DNA of 64,000 nt from the human T2T-CHM13v2.0 reference genome, Homo sapiens (GCF_009914755.1 NC_060925.1); one strand, 5' to 3'. Numbered from the stretch's first letter, positions 1-16,318 are shown. Notes: generated by a model from the sequence alone, not told the origin. Translations and numbers: made by a program.

Positions 1-1494
1 CACATATGTCAACAGAACTACCTAAAGATATTTTATCATCAGGGGCATATGGTGAGAGCAATTTTAGTTAAGGGGGACAAGAAGTAATAGATGCCTAGTG
101 TCATGTGTATAGGGAAATGCGTAATTACATTTTTATATTTGAAAATGAGATTCTCATGTATAAGCTACTACTTAAAGGCATGGATGTGTTAACACACACA
201 CGGGAACACATGCCCACATGCATGCTGCAATACATCTGAATAGGCTTTACAATTCATTTACCATCTTCAATTGTTTTGATTTCAAGATGAGAAGCCTATA
301 GGGAATGAATAACAAGTATTAGAGGAAAATAATCAGAGTATTATTGAATGAAGTTAGTAGCAAATTTTAACTAGAAGAAAGCAGTTATTAGCAGTGACAT
401 AATAGATACGTTGCCAAGATAAATAATTCTAGTTTGGACTTAAGAAAAAATTAGTTCTAAGCACCCATCTTAATAGAGACAAACAATATGTAGACCAGTT
501 CTTATTATAGGCAAATTTTTAAAGTTTAGAAAATAATTATCTACACATTTGTTAATTATGCGATCTTTAGGAAGCTTATAAAACAAACTTTTAATGGCAG
601 ATTTTTATGTTTAATCGATACAATCTCAGCAAATAATAAAATGTTTATATTGATGTGTATCTACAGTTCACGGAGCTCTTTCATTTGTCTTTCATGAAAA
701 CACTGAGATAAAGTCAGGGCAGAGCATGCACAGAGACTTTGTAGTTTCATCTTTAAGTCCACTATTCTTGAAACTAAGAAAGTGCTCAATAAATGTTTGG
801 TAAATTGATGATAATAAAGAGGCCTGGAAGGAGAAAGAATTTAGTAAAGTCATATGAGTGGTAAAACCAGAAATGAAGCTTCTGTTTTCAAACATATGCT
901 TTCTACCTTATTACTTTTCCCTATTCTAAATGCTCATAATAATCCCTAATTATAATTCATAATGGATTTTATAGTAAAATGTTAGAGCAGAGTTTAAGCA
1001 AATTAGATATTATAGTATTAAAAAAGATGTTTTACATGAATCAGTTTATGAATATGATATTTAAATGTACCTAAATGTAGTTCAATTGAAACTCCCTATT
1101 AGTAGTAAATTATCAAGTGGGATTAAAATGACAGATACAGACACTAGCTGCATTTTTTAATATGGCCATAATCGCATTCTATTTTACATGAGCCTCCAAT
1201 TCAGATGGTAGCTCTGCAGTGGAAAAACTGATTTCATTATAGGAAGGCCTCAGGGTAAAAAAGCAGTGTATATTCAAAAACTGATGTCTTTTTAAGTAAA
1301 AGAAACATTAAAAACACCATCATATTAAACAATGTTTCTAAAGGTAAATAATGCATTTGAAGGAACAGTTTATGTTTTTTACTCTCGGATTTGTATTATT
1401 TTAAAAAAAGAGGATTACATATTATTGTTTCATAGTTAAAAACTGTAAAGAACTCATGAAAAGTCCATAGGTGGTTTAAATACAAATCCCTTGT

Positions 1495-1675
1495 CAGTGT
1501 TTCTTAAAGTGTGGCCCAGGTATTTCCACCAGAATCACAGCAATATCTTGCTAATATGAATATTCCTGGGCCCCACCACAACCCTATTCGTTTAGAATGT
1601 CTGGGAATGGGGTGGAGAAATCTGAATTATAGACAAATTATCCAGAGGATCCTTATATATGCCAAATTTAAGCCT
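1495..1675. mobile_element. MER5-like hAT-Charlie DNA transposon remnant
   Basis: Begins CAGTGTTTCTTAAAGTGTGG and contains ATTCCTGGGCCCCACC...AGAATGTCTGGGAATGGGG..AATCTG, resembling the MER5A/B consensus; heavily decayed. Confidence 0.6.
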
Positions 1676-2399
1676 GGTTGATTTTTCAGACACCTGTTTT
1701 ACCTTCTCCAAATGTGAGATTGAAGATATTTCCTCTGCTAGAGCCAACCTCTTAGGGGACAAAATCAATGAGGCTAGAGAAAATCTTATAACATCACCTG
1801 TACACAAGTACTTATATGCCACCACAAAAATCATTGACCAATGTGTTTTACATATACAACAGTGCATCCCTACTTCTCTCAACTGGAAATTTCTTAGCAG
1901 TTAATAAGCTATTTTTGGAGAAACAAATTTTAGAAGAGTCAACTTCTTTTTATTTTTAAAATATCTAAAACAAATTGAAATATATTGGACATTTTTGAAA
2001 AGTGGCTGTCTCACCAAATTATTCATTACTTCTAAGTCTATATCAGAAGAAGTAAACACATAAGTATTATTGACTATAAAACAAAAAAGGTAAATCACAC
2101 TTACATATATTATAAAATAACTTTCAATGTAATGATAAAGATGTGCAGAAAGCAATTTAGAAAATAGTATATAATTTTCTGAATTGTGTAAATATAAAGT
2201 AGATGATGGATTTTCAAAAATGTTATTGTTATGTGATATAGTGATGAGGGAATATAACTTTAAGCATTATATCTGTATTTTATTTACCAAATTCTCCACA
2301 ATAAGCATGTAATGCCTTTGAGATAAAATGTTATTTTTATAAGTTATTTTGTATGCAATAGTAATAAAAGTCCAATTCCCTAATTAATTTTGCATTATA

Positions 2400-3720
2400 G
2401 ATCCACTCAGTCATTATTTTTTAAAAATGTACTGAGCCCCAGTTTTTATGATTAGTTCTTGAATGGAGCAGTGAATAAGATAGCCATAGCTTACAGTCTA
2501 GTGGGAGAATATGGCAATTGAAAAAGCAACTAAGATTGTCTCTGATAGGTGACATAAGAGAAGATGTCCAGGAACATAAAAACACTGAACCTAGACAGAA
2601 AGAATTAAGGAATGCCTAATTCCCAATTGTGTGTGTCTGTGTTATTTAAGAGGGATTGAATGTGTATGAATAAGTAGGAGGGGGCAGGATATAAAAGCCA
2701 GTAATGCAATCAAGGCCTAGATAATGAAGAATCTTTCAAACCATGCTGATATACTTGAATTCTTTCTAAGTACAACAAGAATCAATTAAAAAGTATTAAT
2801 TCTTAAAAAAAAATGGCAAGACCAGATTTGTATTTTTAAAAAGGAGTGCAACTCTGATATAAAAATTAACTGGAGAAGGCAAGACAAGAGTTAATGAGAC
2901 TAGGGTTAGGAAACTGTTGTACTGTAGTATTCAGGTGAAAGGCCATCGTAGCTGAGACTAGCATCCCAGCAAAGAAAATTATGAATAAGAGTGGCACGAT
3001 TTGCTAATTATTTCCATTTGAGAATAAAGGAAAGTGAATAGTTAGAATTATGTCTTTATTTCTGACTTTGGAAACTGAATAGATGCTAATGTTATTTAGA
3101 GAGGTGGACAACAAAGGAAAAAGAGTCATTTGGTCAGTAGAGGAGTGAGGGGAAGGTGAAAAGTTCAGTTTGGAACATTTTAACTTGTGGTGCCTATGAG
3201 ATATTCAAGTGGAAATGCCCAGAAGGCATTGGGACATATGTGTCTGGGCTAGAGCTTTGATAGTAGAGGCATCATGACATCAGATGATGATTGAAACCAC
3301 ATAAATTGATTCAATCTTCTACGAAAGTACATACAGTGCGATGGAGAAAGCCTAAGAGACAACTCTGAGATGCCTAATAACACACTCAGAGAAATCTTTA
3401 AAGGAAACTGAGACAGAAAATCATAGATATAGGAAATAAATGTGACAAGCATGCTGATGCAAAAGAAGTTAATTGAAGAAAGAAATGGTTAAATTGTTAG
3501 ATATTGCTGTAAGGTAAATACAAATAAGAAAGTAAAGTATGCATTACTTTCATCTATAATAAAGTCATTTCTTATGTTCATGAAAACATTTTTAGTCATA
3601 AAATAAGTCACATGATGTAGTCACTTGCTAAGAAATAGAAGATTGTTCTGGGTCAAGGAATAAGTAAAACATTACGGAAAAGAAGTTTAAATTATACTTT
3701 CAAAAAGTATAACTGTGTAG
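2400..3720 (-). mobile_element. L2 LINE remnant
   Basis: Antisense L2 hallmarks: AGCTTACAGTCTAGTGGGAG (~2489), AGTTCAGTTTGGAACAT..GTGCCTATGAGATATTCAAGTGGAAATG (~3162-3217); purine-rich plus strand. Confidence 0.7.
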
Positions 3721-5284
3721 GAGAAGAGAACTATAAGGCATCAAAGTGTGTATGTGTGTGTGCATGTGTATGCATGATTTTTTGTAATAGGAGATTCTTC
3801 AGTTGCTTGAATGCCTAAAGAACCTATGCAAAGCGAGATTTAAAATATAGATATGAAAAAGAATAGCCGAATTATAAATTATTTTCCTGTAGTGTTGAAA
3901 TGTAACTTAAAAGATTAAAATTAAGCTAGGGAAAGGAATTGTTATTACAGAATATATAAGAGGAGGCTAAATTCAGAGTGACAGTGTTTGTACAATCAGA
4001 AGGGGAAAAAACTCTATTGTCAGAATTAATACCTATGCACAAGTAGTTGTATCTGTCACAGAAACCTTAAGGAATTGGGGGCAGGGAGGTAGATGATTGA
4101 TTTAGGCAACCAAAATCATATAAAAAAAAAAGAAAGAAAAAAAACTCGCTCATCCTCCCACAGGCAATATAGTTTACTTCCAATCAATGACTGATCTACA
4201 GAAATAGCAAAACTAATACAATGGTTTCCATAAATTTTAAAATCCCTTTCTCTCACCTTCTTATTGGTCATTATAATCACAGGTAATGTTAAAACAAAAA
4301 TATGTGTCCTTAACCTCCCTTCATTTTTCACCTCTTTTCCTGATAAAACCTCCTTGGCTAACGTCCCTTAGAATTTTTTCTAATTTCCTTTAGGCTTGTT
4401 CATACTGTGGTTTTGTTAATAAATAGCGCATTCACCAACCTACAACACAGCAGCAAATTCAGAAAAATGTGGACTTCTTCTTGAATGTAAAAAAATATAC
4501 ATATGACTTTCACTATGAAGTGAACAATAAAAGAAACTTGGCAAGCCTGTTATTGCTAAAACAGTAGTTGTAAATATAAAAGACAAAATTTAATCAACTC
4601 TAATCCTTGAAATTTGTATTTGGTTCATTAATTAGTATGCATACATGAAAAATTACACTTATTATCAAGGTGTGTTTATTTGATTTTAAGAAGATAAAAG
4701 CTATAAATATGTTATCTTTGTAAAAACTACAAATACATTATCATTGTATCAGTGAAAGAAAGAAGTTACAATATGGCCAATTAAAATGTCTTTTTTTTTT
4801 TTTTTCTACAACAATCTCAAGCACTGCAATTAGACCTGGAGAAAGAAAGAAAACAAGAAACAAACAAACAAACTTTCTAAACCTGCTTCAGAAAACTTAA
4901 ATAAATAAAAATAATTAATCCTTTTGAGGTTTATAGTCATATTTTCCCAGAGTGATTTCTTTTTGGAAGCAATCGGCATGCTGAAACTACCAAAATAGTC
5001 CCAACAAGTTAAATTTATTTTATGTATTTTTAATATTGTATAATTTATTTTGTCTTTTCCCATTACTTCTTTAAAAAACTTTTTTTTGTAAAATATGCAA
5101 TCCTGTTTCATAGCTTAAGACAAGCCTTGGAACTAGAAAAAAGATCCTTTTGGATCTTTCTCTTTTTCATATTGTTCTTTTAGAGAGTAAATTAACAGAG
5201 CCATAATTCTATCTTTGGGTAGTTTTGATCTTTATTCATAAATTACTTCTGCATGCAAAGCTTTGGTCAGACTACTAGAGTCTC

Positions 5285-5398
5285 AGCTTCATTAGGGCAA
5301 GAACTGTTGTCTGTTGGGTCCCCTGTTTTATCCCAAGAGCATAAAAGAGGGCATGGCAAAGAGTAGAGAACAATAACAATTGTTTAAATGAATGAATT
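5285..5398 (+). mobile_element. L2 3' end fragment
   Basis: AGGGCAAGAACTG..GTCTG..; ends TTGTTTAAATGAATGAAT, a typical L2 terminus. Confidence 0.6.
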
Positions 5399-5599
5399 TG
5401 CTTTATTAACTAATCGTTAAAATAACTGAAGCCTTAAGTTTAATTTTACAAATTGAAAAAAAATTAAAATGAAGGTAAATAAACTTTTAAAATGCCCCCC
5501 AAAAATGGGGAGTTAATACTTGAACCCAGGTCTCCCGAAACTAACCTGTGAGCTCTGACCTTATAAAATAGGCATTTTAGCTAAGATGGCACAATCTAC

Positions 5600-8145
<2,546 letters not shown>

Positions 8146-8455
8146 CCCCTGCAATTTGAGGTGTGTTTGAATGATTTGGTCATTTGGTTTCAGAGTGAAA
8201 ATATCTTGCTCTTGGAGGCACTCATCCCATTTACCTTCTATCTTCCTAATTTGGTGAACGGTATTACACTGCCCACTACTTAGTTCTAATCCATCTAGTC
8301 CAGCTTATGTCTGACATTAGTTTTGGGTTGAAGGTTCTTAAGTTCTGGTGATGTAATAAAAATATGTCAACTTTTTTAATAACATGTAGTCCTCTATGCC
8401 ATTTCTTATCTTCTTTTTGAATTATGAAGATAGTATTGAAGAAGACTAAAAACAG

Positions 8456-8493
8456 ACATTTTGCTGCTTATTGTAACATTTTGCTGCTTATTG
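8456..8493 (+). repeat. Short tandem duplication (18-bp unit, period 20)
   Basis: ACATTTTGCTGCTTATTG at 8456-8473 and 8476-8493, identical. Confidence 0.9.
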
Positions 8494-9797
8494 CCAGTAA
8501 GAATTATGTGACTGACTTTCCAGCTGTTACCTCCTGACATCTTAAATGTTGATGTCTTTCCAGCTTTATTTTCTCCTAGGAGGAAAATAAAATTATAAGG
8601 CAGAAAAGAGACTTTTAAAAGGAGCCTATCACAGAACATATCAACTGAACACCACCTACATTTGAGCAGAAGCCAAAAAATAAGGCAAATGCCACATTAC
8701 TCATCATCCACCCACAAGGGTTGGTCATTTGAAACCCACCCCCAGGGGAGTGGGTCCTATTGTATGGTGGACTTGAAAAGTGGCTACACTCTTCTGTCCC
8801 TTTATTGGAAGGAAGGCTTTGGTATGTGGGCACTCCTTTATCTAGGATAATCACTGGAATTTTTGTTTGTTGGTACTTTGTCTTTCCACACTTGCACTTA
8901 GCCTGACTTCCTCAATGACTGCAGCATTCCAGTGGAGAGAAGAAAGCTTTACCAGAAATAGAAGTAAACAAAGGGGATTTGAACAATTTAGTCCACTTAA
9001 TGTTGAACTATTAAATTTGTAGGATTAATTACATCATTAAAGAAAGGAAAATAGCATTTTTCAACATGGAGTAGATGAGACAAAATATACTGTTTCCCTC
9101 TGCTTGATAGAATGGTTCATAATTTTATCACACTTATGACTACAGAGAAGTTTCCTAGGCTTTATGGATGGGGTATATAAAGAGCTTTGGAAGGTTTTTA
9201 TACCTCAGAAATGTGCTTGTTGGGGTTTGGCTTACTGGGGAGAGGCAGAATTCTGGAGATGTTTAAGAGCTCTGAGTACTGCTTGCTTTCATTCTCCTTT
9301 GGCTGAATGTTTCCTTTTTTATACAAGATACAATTTCATTTTTGAGGTTAACTTGCATTTTTCCTGCATTCCATGTTTTGGTAACCTTATATGGGAAGAA
9401 TTGAAAAAATAATACATAAAGTAAAGAAACCTCAATAATGCTATTAATTTAGTACTCTGAAATAGTATGGATTATTCATAGGAAAAATTATATTAAAATA
9501 AGTTCTCAAGAGTCTCCTCATTGAATTATTATTTCAAGAACAAGATGGTATAATTGACATAAATATTTTTCCCTCCCTCCCTAAAGCCCTTTAAAATGCT
9601 AATACATCTACACTGAAACAACAGTTATTGAGAATCATTCTTTTTATTATACTATTTTTTTTCTCAAAGCATAGCCAGGAGAAGGCTGCATGGGAATCCC
9701 TCTCTCTTGAAGATCAGGAGGGCAATTCACAGAGCTGGCTGGTGTGGATAAAAGACAGGAGTATTGTTTCCTTATTTAGGATAATTAACTAAAGGGT

Positions 9798-10258
9798 TGT
9801 GATGGTTAGTAACGAGTGTCAACTTGATTGGATTGAAAGATACAAAGTATTGATGCTGGGTGTGTCTGTCAGGGTTTTGGCAAACATTAACATTTGAGTC
9901 AGTGGGGCTGGGAAAGGCAGACCCACCCTTACTATGGGTGGGCACAATAATCAGCTTCCAGCACAGCTAGAATATAAGCAGATAGAAAAACGTGAAAAGA
10001 GAGACTGGCCTAGCCTCCCAGCCTACATCTTTCTCCTGTGCTGGATGTTTCCTGCCTTCGAATGTTTGACTCTAAATTCTTCAGTTTTTGGAACTCAAAC
10101 TGGTTCTCCTTGCTCCTCCGTCTGCAGAAGACCTATTGTGGAACCTTGTGATTGATCGTGTGAGTTAATACTTAATAAACTTAATATAAAATATATATAT
10201 ATTTATATATATATATATTCCATTAGTTCTTTCCCTCTAGAGAACCCTGACTAATACA
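9798..10258 (+). mobile_element. 5' LTR, MLT2A1-type
   Basis: TGTGATGGTTA..GAGTGTCAACTTGATTGGATTG start; AATAAA at ~10174; ends AGAACCCTGACTAATACA. Confidence 0.9.
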
Positions 10259-10266
10259 GATATTTT

Positions 10267-10284
10267 GGTACTGGGAGTGGTTTC
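10267..10284 (+). promoter_or_regulatory. Degenerate primer-binding site (tRNA-Leu type expected for HERV-L)
   Basis: TGGTACTGGGAGTGG a few bases after the 5' LTR; tRNA identity is inferred from the family, not aligned. Confidence 0.55.
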
Positions 10285-10349
10285 AGAGGAACGGAATATT
10301 AAGGATGAAGTTCTTTAGTTTGTTTTGGGGTTTCTGGAGTTGGCTGTTT

Positions 10350-12030
10350 AATATGATTAGACTGAAAAATGCTAAGGATTCTACTTCTAATAGTATGGAG
10401 AACACTGATAGTCCTTGGTGTGAACTGTTTAAAGCATTATGGAAAATAAATGCATTTGACTCCTGAGTCATTGCTCATGAGAAGCAAGGAGATCAGTGAG
10501 TCTACACGTAATACCTTTGACCATATGTGGAGAAACAAGGAACATAATGAAGCTGGTTGTTTGCTCCTAAGTTCAGTGCACAAAATGATGAAAGATAATG
10601 ATGAACTCAGGGATTTTTTTCTCCCTGCTGCAGAAGCAGATACTGAGCCTCAAATCTGCTCAGATTGCTCTGAGTGAGAATCTTATCTCCTGTAGAGAAA
10701 GAGCTGAAATTGTGGAAAAACAGACACAAGCTCTTATCATGTGAGTGGCTGACCTGCAACAAAAGGTACATGCACAACCTTACCAGGTATCTACTGTTAA
10801 AGTGAGGGCATTGATTGGAAAAGAATGGGACCCTGCAACTTGGACTGGGGATGTGTGGGAGGACCCTGATGAAGCTGGGGACACTGAATTTGTAAACTCT
10901 GATAAACCTTTTTTGCCAGAAGAAACAGCTTCCCCATCCCCAGTAGTGGCAACATCCCCTCCCTGACCCACGCTGCCATCAGCCTTTCCACCTTTGCCAG
11001 AGGAGTTAGACCCTGCACTACCTGAGATAACAGTGATGGCTTCTGCTGAGGCAGTTGCCAGGCATGATAATGTTGATTCTCCTCAGGAGCCACCCCCAAC
11101 ACCCCTATTTGCTTCTAGACCTATAACTAGGCTAAAGTCCCAGTGAGCCCCTAGTGGTGAGGTTGAGAGTGTGACCCATGAGGAGGTGTTCTGCACTCAA
11201 AAGGAACTGCTTGAATTTCCTAATTCACATAAACAAAAATCTGGAGAACAAGCATGGGAATGGATATTAAGGGTGTGGGATAATGGTGGAAGGAACATAG
11301 AGTTGGATCAGTCTGAATTTATTGATTTGGGCCCACTAAGTAGCGACTCTGCATTTAATGTTGAAGCTCGGGGAGTTAAAAAAAGGTTCTAATAGTTTAT
11401 TTGCTTGGTTAGCTGAAATACGGATTAAAAGATGGCTCACTGTGAGTGAGCTGGAAATGCGTGATCTCCCTTGGTTTAATGTAGAGGAAGAGATTCAGAG
11501 GCTTACGGAGATTGGGAGGGTGGAGTGGATTAGTCACTTTAGACCTACTCATCCCAGCTGGGAGGGTCCAGAAGGTATATCCTTGACCAATGCCTTGCAA
11601 AATAGATTTGTGGGGGCAGCACCTGCATCTCTGAAGAGCCCTGTAATTGCTCTTTTCTGTATGTCAGATACAACAATAGTCACTCAACTACAAAATTTAA
11701 ATACAATGGGAATAATTGGATCCTTTCGTGGCAAGTGCCAAGTGGCGGCAATCAACCATCAAAGGCAAGGTGGTATAGCTACTGTAATGGACAGCAGAGG
11801 CAAAGCAGCAATCAGAATAGTCTGACTCTTGTAGAGCTCTGGCATTGGCTAATCATGGTGTTCCTAGAAGTGAAATTTATAAGAAGTCTACTGCATTCCT
11901 AATTAATTTATATAAGCAGAAAACTTCTAGGTTGTATGGACAAAGGCTAATTTGAATTATAAAACCAGAGAATCACAGCCCCTCAATCAATTTCCAGACT
12001 TGAGCCAGTTTACAGACACAGAACCCCTTG
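10350..12030 (+). pseudogene. gag: HERV-L gag remnant (ERV-L/Fv1-related), multiple stops and frameshifts
   Basis: Fragments VKVRALIGKEWDPATWTGDVWED, QKSGEQAWEWILRVWDNGG, SLFAWLAE..KRW..PWFNVEE.IQRL.EIG.VEWI, typical of ERV-L Gag. Confidence 0.85.
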
Positions 12031-12149
12031 AATGAAGGGGAGCCCAGGTCTCCTTGAGGAAGGACCTCACTATATTACAGACAATTTATGCAGTGAATCT
12101 TTCTCCCAACCTTCCCCAAGAAGCTCTCGGCCTTTTACCAGGGTTAACT

Positions 12150-12500
12150 ATGCAATGGGGAAAGGGAAATGATCAGACATATTGGGGATACTGGACACTG
12201 GCTCTGAGCTGACGTTGATTCCAGAAGACCCAAAACATCATTGTGGTTAAAGTAGGGGCTTATGGAGGTCAGGTAATTAACGGAGTTTTAGCTCAGGTCT
12301 GACTTACAGTGGGTCCAGTGGGTCCCCAGACTCATCCTGTGATCATTTCCTCAGTGCCAGAATGCATAATTGGCGTAGATAAAATCAGTAGCTGGCAGAA
12401 CACCCACATTGGCTCCCCAACTGGAATGATGAGGGCTATTATGGTTGAAAAGGCCAAATGGAAGCCCATAGGGCTGCCTCTACCTAGAAAAATGGTAAAC
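12150..12500 (+). pseudogene. pro: HERV-L aspartic protease remnant
   Basis: CTG GAC ACT GGC TCT GAG = LDTGSE at 12191-12208; downstream PECIIGVD flap/substrate motif. Confidence 0.85.
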
Positions 12501-15060
12501 CAAAAACAATATCACATCCCTGGAGGGATTGCAGAGATTAGTGTCACCATCAAGGACTTGAAAGACAGGGGTGGTGATTCAAGCCACTTCCCTGTTCAAC
12601 TCTCCCATTTGGCCTGTGCAGAAGACAGATAGATCTTGGAGAATGACAATGGATTATCATAAGCTTAATCAAGTGGTTACTCCAATTGCAGCTGCTAAAC
12701 CAGATGTGGCCTCATTGCTTGAGCAAATTAACACATCTCCTGGTACCTGGTGTGCAGCCATATACTTGGCAAATGATTTTTTCTCCATTCCTGTCCATAA
12801 GGCCCGCCAGAAGCAATTTGCCTTCAGCTCACAAGGCCAGCAATATACCTTTACTGTCCTACCTCAGGGGTATATCAACTCTCTGGCTTTGTGTCATAAT
12901 CTTATTTGGAGAGACCTCGATCACTTTTCACTTCCGTAAGATATCACACTGGTCCATTACATTGATGACATTATGCTGATTGGATCCAGTGAGCAAGAAG
13001 TAGCAAACACACTGGACTTATTGGTGAGACATTTGCATACCAGAGGATGGGAAATAAATCTGACTAAAATTCAGGGACCTTCTACCTCAGTAAAATTTCT
13101 AGGGGTCCACTGGTGTGGGGACTGTTGAGATATTCCTTCTAAGGTTAAGAATAAGTTGCCGCATTTGGCCCCTCCTACCACCAAGAAAGAGGAACAACAC
13201 CTAGTGGGCCTATTTGGATTTTGGAAGCAACTCATTCCTCATTTGTGTGTGTTACTCCAGTCCATTTATTAAGTGACCCAAAAGGTTCCCAGTTTTGAGT
13301 GGGGTCCAGAATAGGAGAAGGCTCTGCAACAGATCCAGGCTGCTGTTGAAGCTGCTCTGCCACTTGGGCCATATGACCCAGCAGATCCAATGGTGTTTGA
13401 GGTGTCAGGTGATAGATATGGATGCTGTTTGGAGCCTTTTGCAGGCCCCCACAGGATTTTGACCTCTAGGATTTTGGAACAGGGCCCTGCCATCTTCTGC
13501 CTATAACTACTCCCCTTTTGAGAGACAGCTCTTGGCCTTCTACTCAGCTTTGGTGGAAACTGAACGTTTGACTATGCTATGGGTCATCCAGTCACCATGC
13601 AACCTGAATTGCCTATCATGAACTGGGAGCTTTCTCACCTATCTAGCCATAAAGTGGGTCATGCACAGCAGCATTCCATCATCAAATGGAAGTGGTATAT
13701 ACGTGATCAGGTTCGAGTAGGTCCTGAAGGAACAAGTAAGTTACATGAGGAAGTGGTTCAAATGTCCATGGTCTCCTTTCCTGCCAACCTGCCTTCTCTC
13801 CCCAACCCCAGCCTGCACCAGTGGCCTCATGGGGGGGGGTTCCCTATGATCAATTGACAGGGAAAGAGAAAACTAGGGCCTGGTTCACAGATGATTCTGC
13901 ATGATATTCAGACACCACCTGGTAGTGGACAGCTGCAGCACTACAGCCCTTTTCTAAGATAGGTCTGAATGATAGTGATGAAGGGAAATCTTTCCAGTGG
14001 GCAGAACTTCAAGAAGTGCACCTGGTTGTGCACTTTGCCTGGAAGGAGAAATGGCCAGATGTGTGATTATATACTGATTAATGGGCTATAGCCAATGGTT
14101 TGGCTGGATGTTCTGGGACTTGGAAGAAGCATGATTGGAAAATTGGTGACAAAGAAATTTGAGGAAGAGGCATGTGGATGGACCTCTCTGAGTGGTCAAA
14201 AACTGTGAAGATATTTGTATCCCATGTGAGTGCTCATGAATGGGTGACCTCAGCAGAAGAGGATTTTAATAATCAAGTGGATGGAATGACCTGTTCTGTG
14301 GACACCACTCAGCTCTTTCCCCAGCCACCCCTGTCATCGCCCAATAGACCCATGAACACAGTGGCCTTGGTGGCAGGGATGGAAGTTATGCATGGGCTCA
14401 GCAACGTGGACTTCCACTCACCAAGGCTGACCTAGCTATGGCCGCTGCTGAGTGCCTAATTTGTCAGCAGCAAAGACCAACACTGAGCCCTTGATATGGT
14501 ACCATTCCTCGGGGAGATCAGCCAACTACCTGGTGGCAGATTTATCATATTGGACCTCTTCCATCATGGAAAGAGCAGAGGTTTGTCCTCACTGGAATAG
14601 ACACTTACAACTTATATGGGTTTGCCTATCCTGCATGCAATGCTTCTGCCAAGACTGCTATCCAAGGATTCACGGAATGCCTTACTCACTGTCATGGTAT
14701 TCCACACAGCATTGCCTCTGACCAAGGCACTCACTTTGTGGCTAAAGAAGTGGAGCAATGGGCTCATGCTCATGGAATCCATTGGTCTTACCATGTTCCC
14801 CAGCATCCTGAAGCAGCTGGATTGATAGAATGGTGGAATGGCCTTTTGAAGTCACAATTACAACACCAACCAGATGGCAATACTTTGCAGGGCTGGGGCA
14901 AATTTCTCCAGAAGGCCATGTATGTTCTGAATCAGCGTCCACTATGTGATACTGTTTCTCCTATAGCCAGGGTTCATGGGTCCAAGAATCAAGGGGTGAA
15001 AGTGAAAGTGGCACCACTCACCATCATCCCTAGTGATCAACTAGCAAAATTTTTGCTTTC
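12500..15060 (+). pseudogene. pol: HERV-L pol remnant (RT, RNase H, integrase)
   Basis: RT: [30 protein letters not shown] at 12958-12969. RNase H: AWFTDDSA ~13878, QWAEL ~13996. IN: ECLIC, SDQGTHF (D at 14720), IEWWNG (E at 14828, D-35-E spacing). Many stops. Confidence 0.92.
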
Positions 15061-15064
15061 TGTT

Positions 15065-15400
15065 CCCGCGACATTACATTCTGTTGGCCTAAATGTCTTA
15101 GTTCCAGAGGGAGGAACGCTGCCACCAACAGACACAACAAGGATTCCATTAAACTAGAAGGTAAGATTGTCACCTGGACACTTTAGGCTCCTCCTACCTT
15201 TAAGTCAACAGGCTAAGAAGGGAGTTACAGTGTTGACTGGGGCAATTGACCTGGACAATCAAGATGAAATCAGTCTACTACTCCAGAATGGAGGTAAGAA
15301 AGAGTATGCATGGAGTACAGGAGATCCATTAGGGTGTCCCTTAGTATTACCATGCCCTGTGATTAAGGTCAATGGGAAATTACAACCCCCCAATCCAGGC
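15065..15400 (+). pseudogene. dut: HERV-L dUTPase remnant downstream of integrase
   Basis: GLNVLVPEGGTLPP.DT.RIPLN*KVRLSPGHF..LLPLSQQAKKGVTVLTGAIDLDNQDEISLLLQN..WSTGDPLG: recognisable dUTPase motifs, with an in-frame stop at 15155-15157. Confidence 0.8.
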
Positions 15401-15889
15401 AGAACTACAAATGGCCCAGACCCTTCAGTAATGAAGGTTTGGGTTACCCCACCAGGAAAAAAACCCACGACCTACTGAGGTGCTTGCCAAAGGAAAACGG
15501 AATACAGAATGGGTAGTAGAAAGTAATCATCAATGTTGGCTATGACCACATGATCAGCTGCAGAAACGAGGACTGTAATCGTCATGAATATTTCCTCCTT
15601 CTTTTGTTAAAAACATGCTTGTGCATGTATACACTTGTACTGAGAAAATATCTTCATTTTATATCCTTTCTCCTTTTTCATGTGATGTAAGATTTATTGA
15701 GTTCATATCAGCGTTTAAGTATTGTTAACTTTATGTAACAGTATTTGGGTTGGGGATTGACATGTTCCCAGTGGTAGGAAGGAGAGTTGTATTACGTTAG
15801 ACATAATTATGACCTTATTATTGTCTTTATTTAAAGATTATGTATGATCTCAGGAGATGTGTATGGGTTCAAGTTGACAAGGTTGGATT

Positions 15890-16277
15890 TGTGATGGTTA
15901 ATACTGAGTGTCAACTTGATTGTATTAAACGATATAAAGTATTGATCCTGGGTGTGTCTGTGAGGGTGTTGCCAAAGGAGATTAACATTTGAGTCAGTGG
16001 GCTGGAAAAGGCAGATGCACCCTTAATATGGGTGGGCACAATCTAATCAGCTGCCAGCCCGGCTAGAATGTAAGCAGGCAGAAAAATGTGAAAACAGAGA
16101 CTGGCCTAGCCTTCCAGCCTACATCTTTCTTCCACGCTGGATCCTTCCTGCCCTTGAACATCAGACTCCAAGTTCTTCAGCTTTGGAACTCAAACTGGCT
16201 CTCCTTCTTCCTCAGCCTGCATATGGCCTGTTGTGGGACCTTGTGATCTGTGAGTTAAAACTTAATAAACTCCCCTT

Positions 16278-16318
<41 letters not shown>

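Noticed and set aside
5140-5159. Hairpin AAAGATCC-TTTT-GGATCTTT followed by a T-rich run (terminator-like)
   Set aside because: An 8-bp stem is expected by chance in 64 kb and intrinsic terminators are irrelevant here.
10350-15480. Domesticated gag/pol (Fv1-like restriction factor)
   Set aside because: Longest fragment is 155 aa; stops and frameshifts are spread evenly; integrase catalytic Asp is mutated.
15480-15889. Possible env gene before the 3' LTR
   Set aside because: Only ~400 bp of T-rich UTR with no ORF; ERV-L elements lack env.
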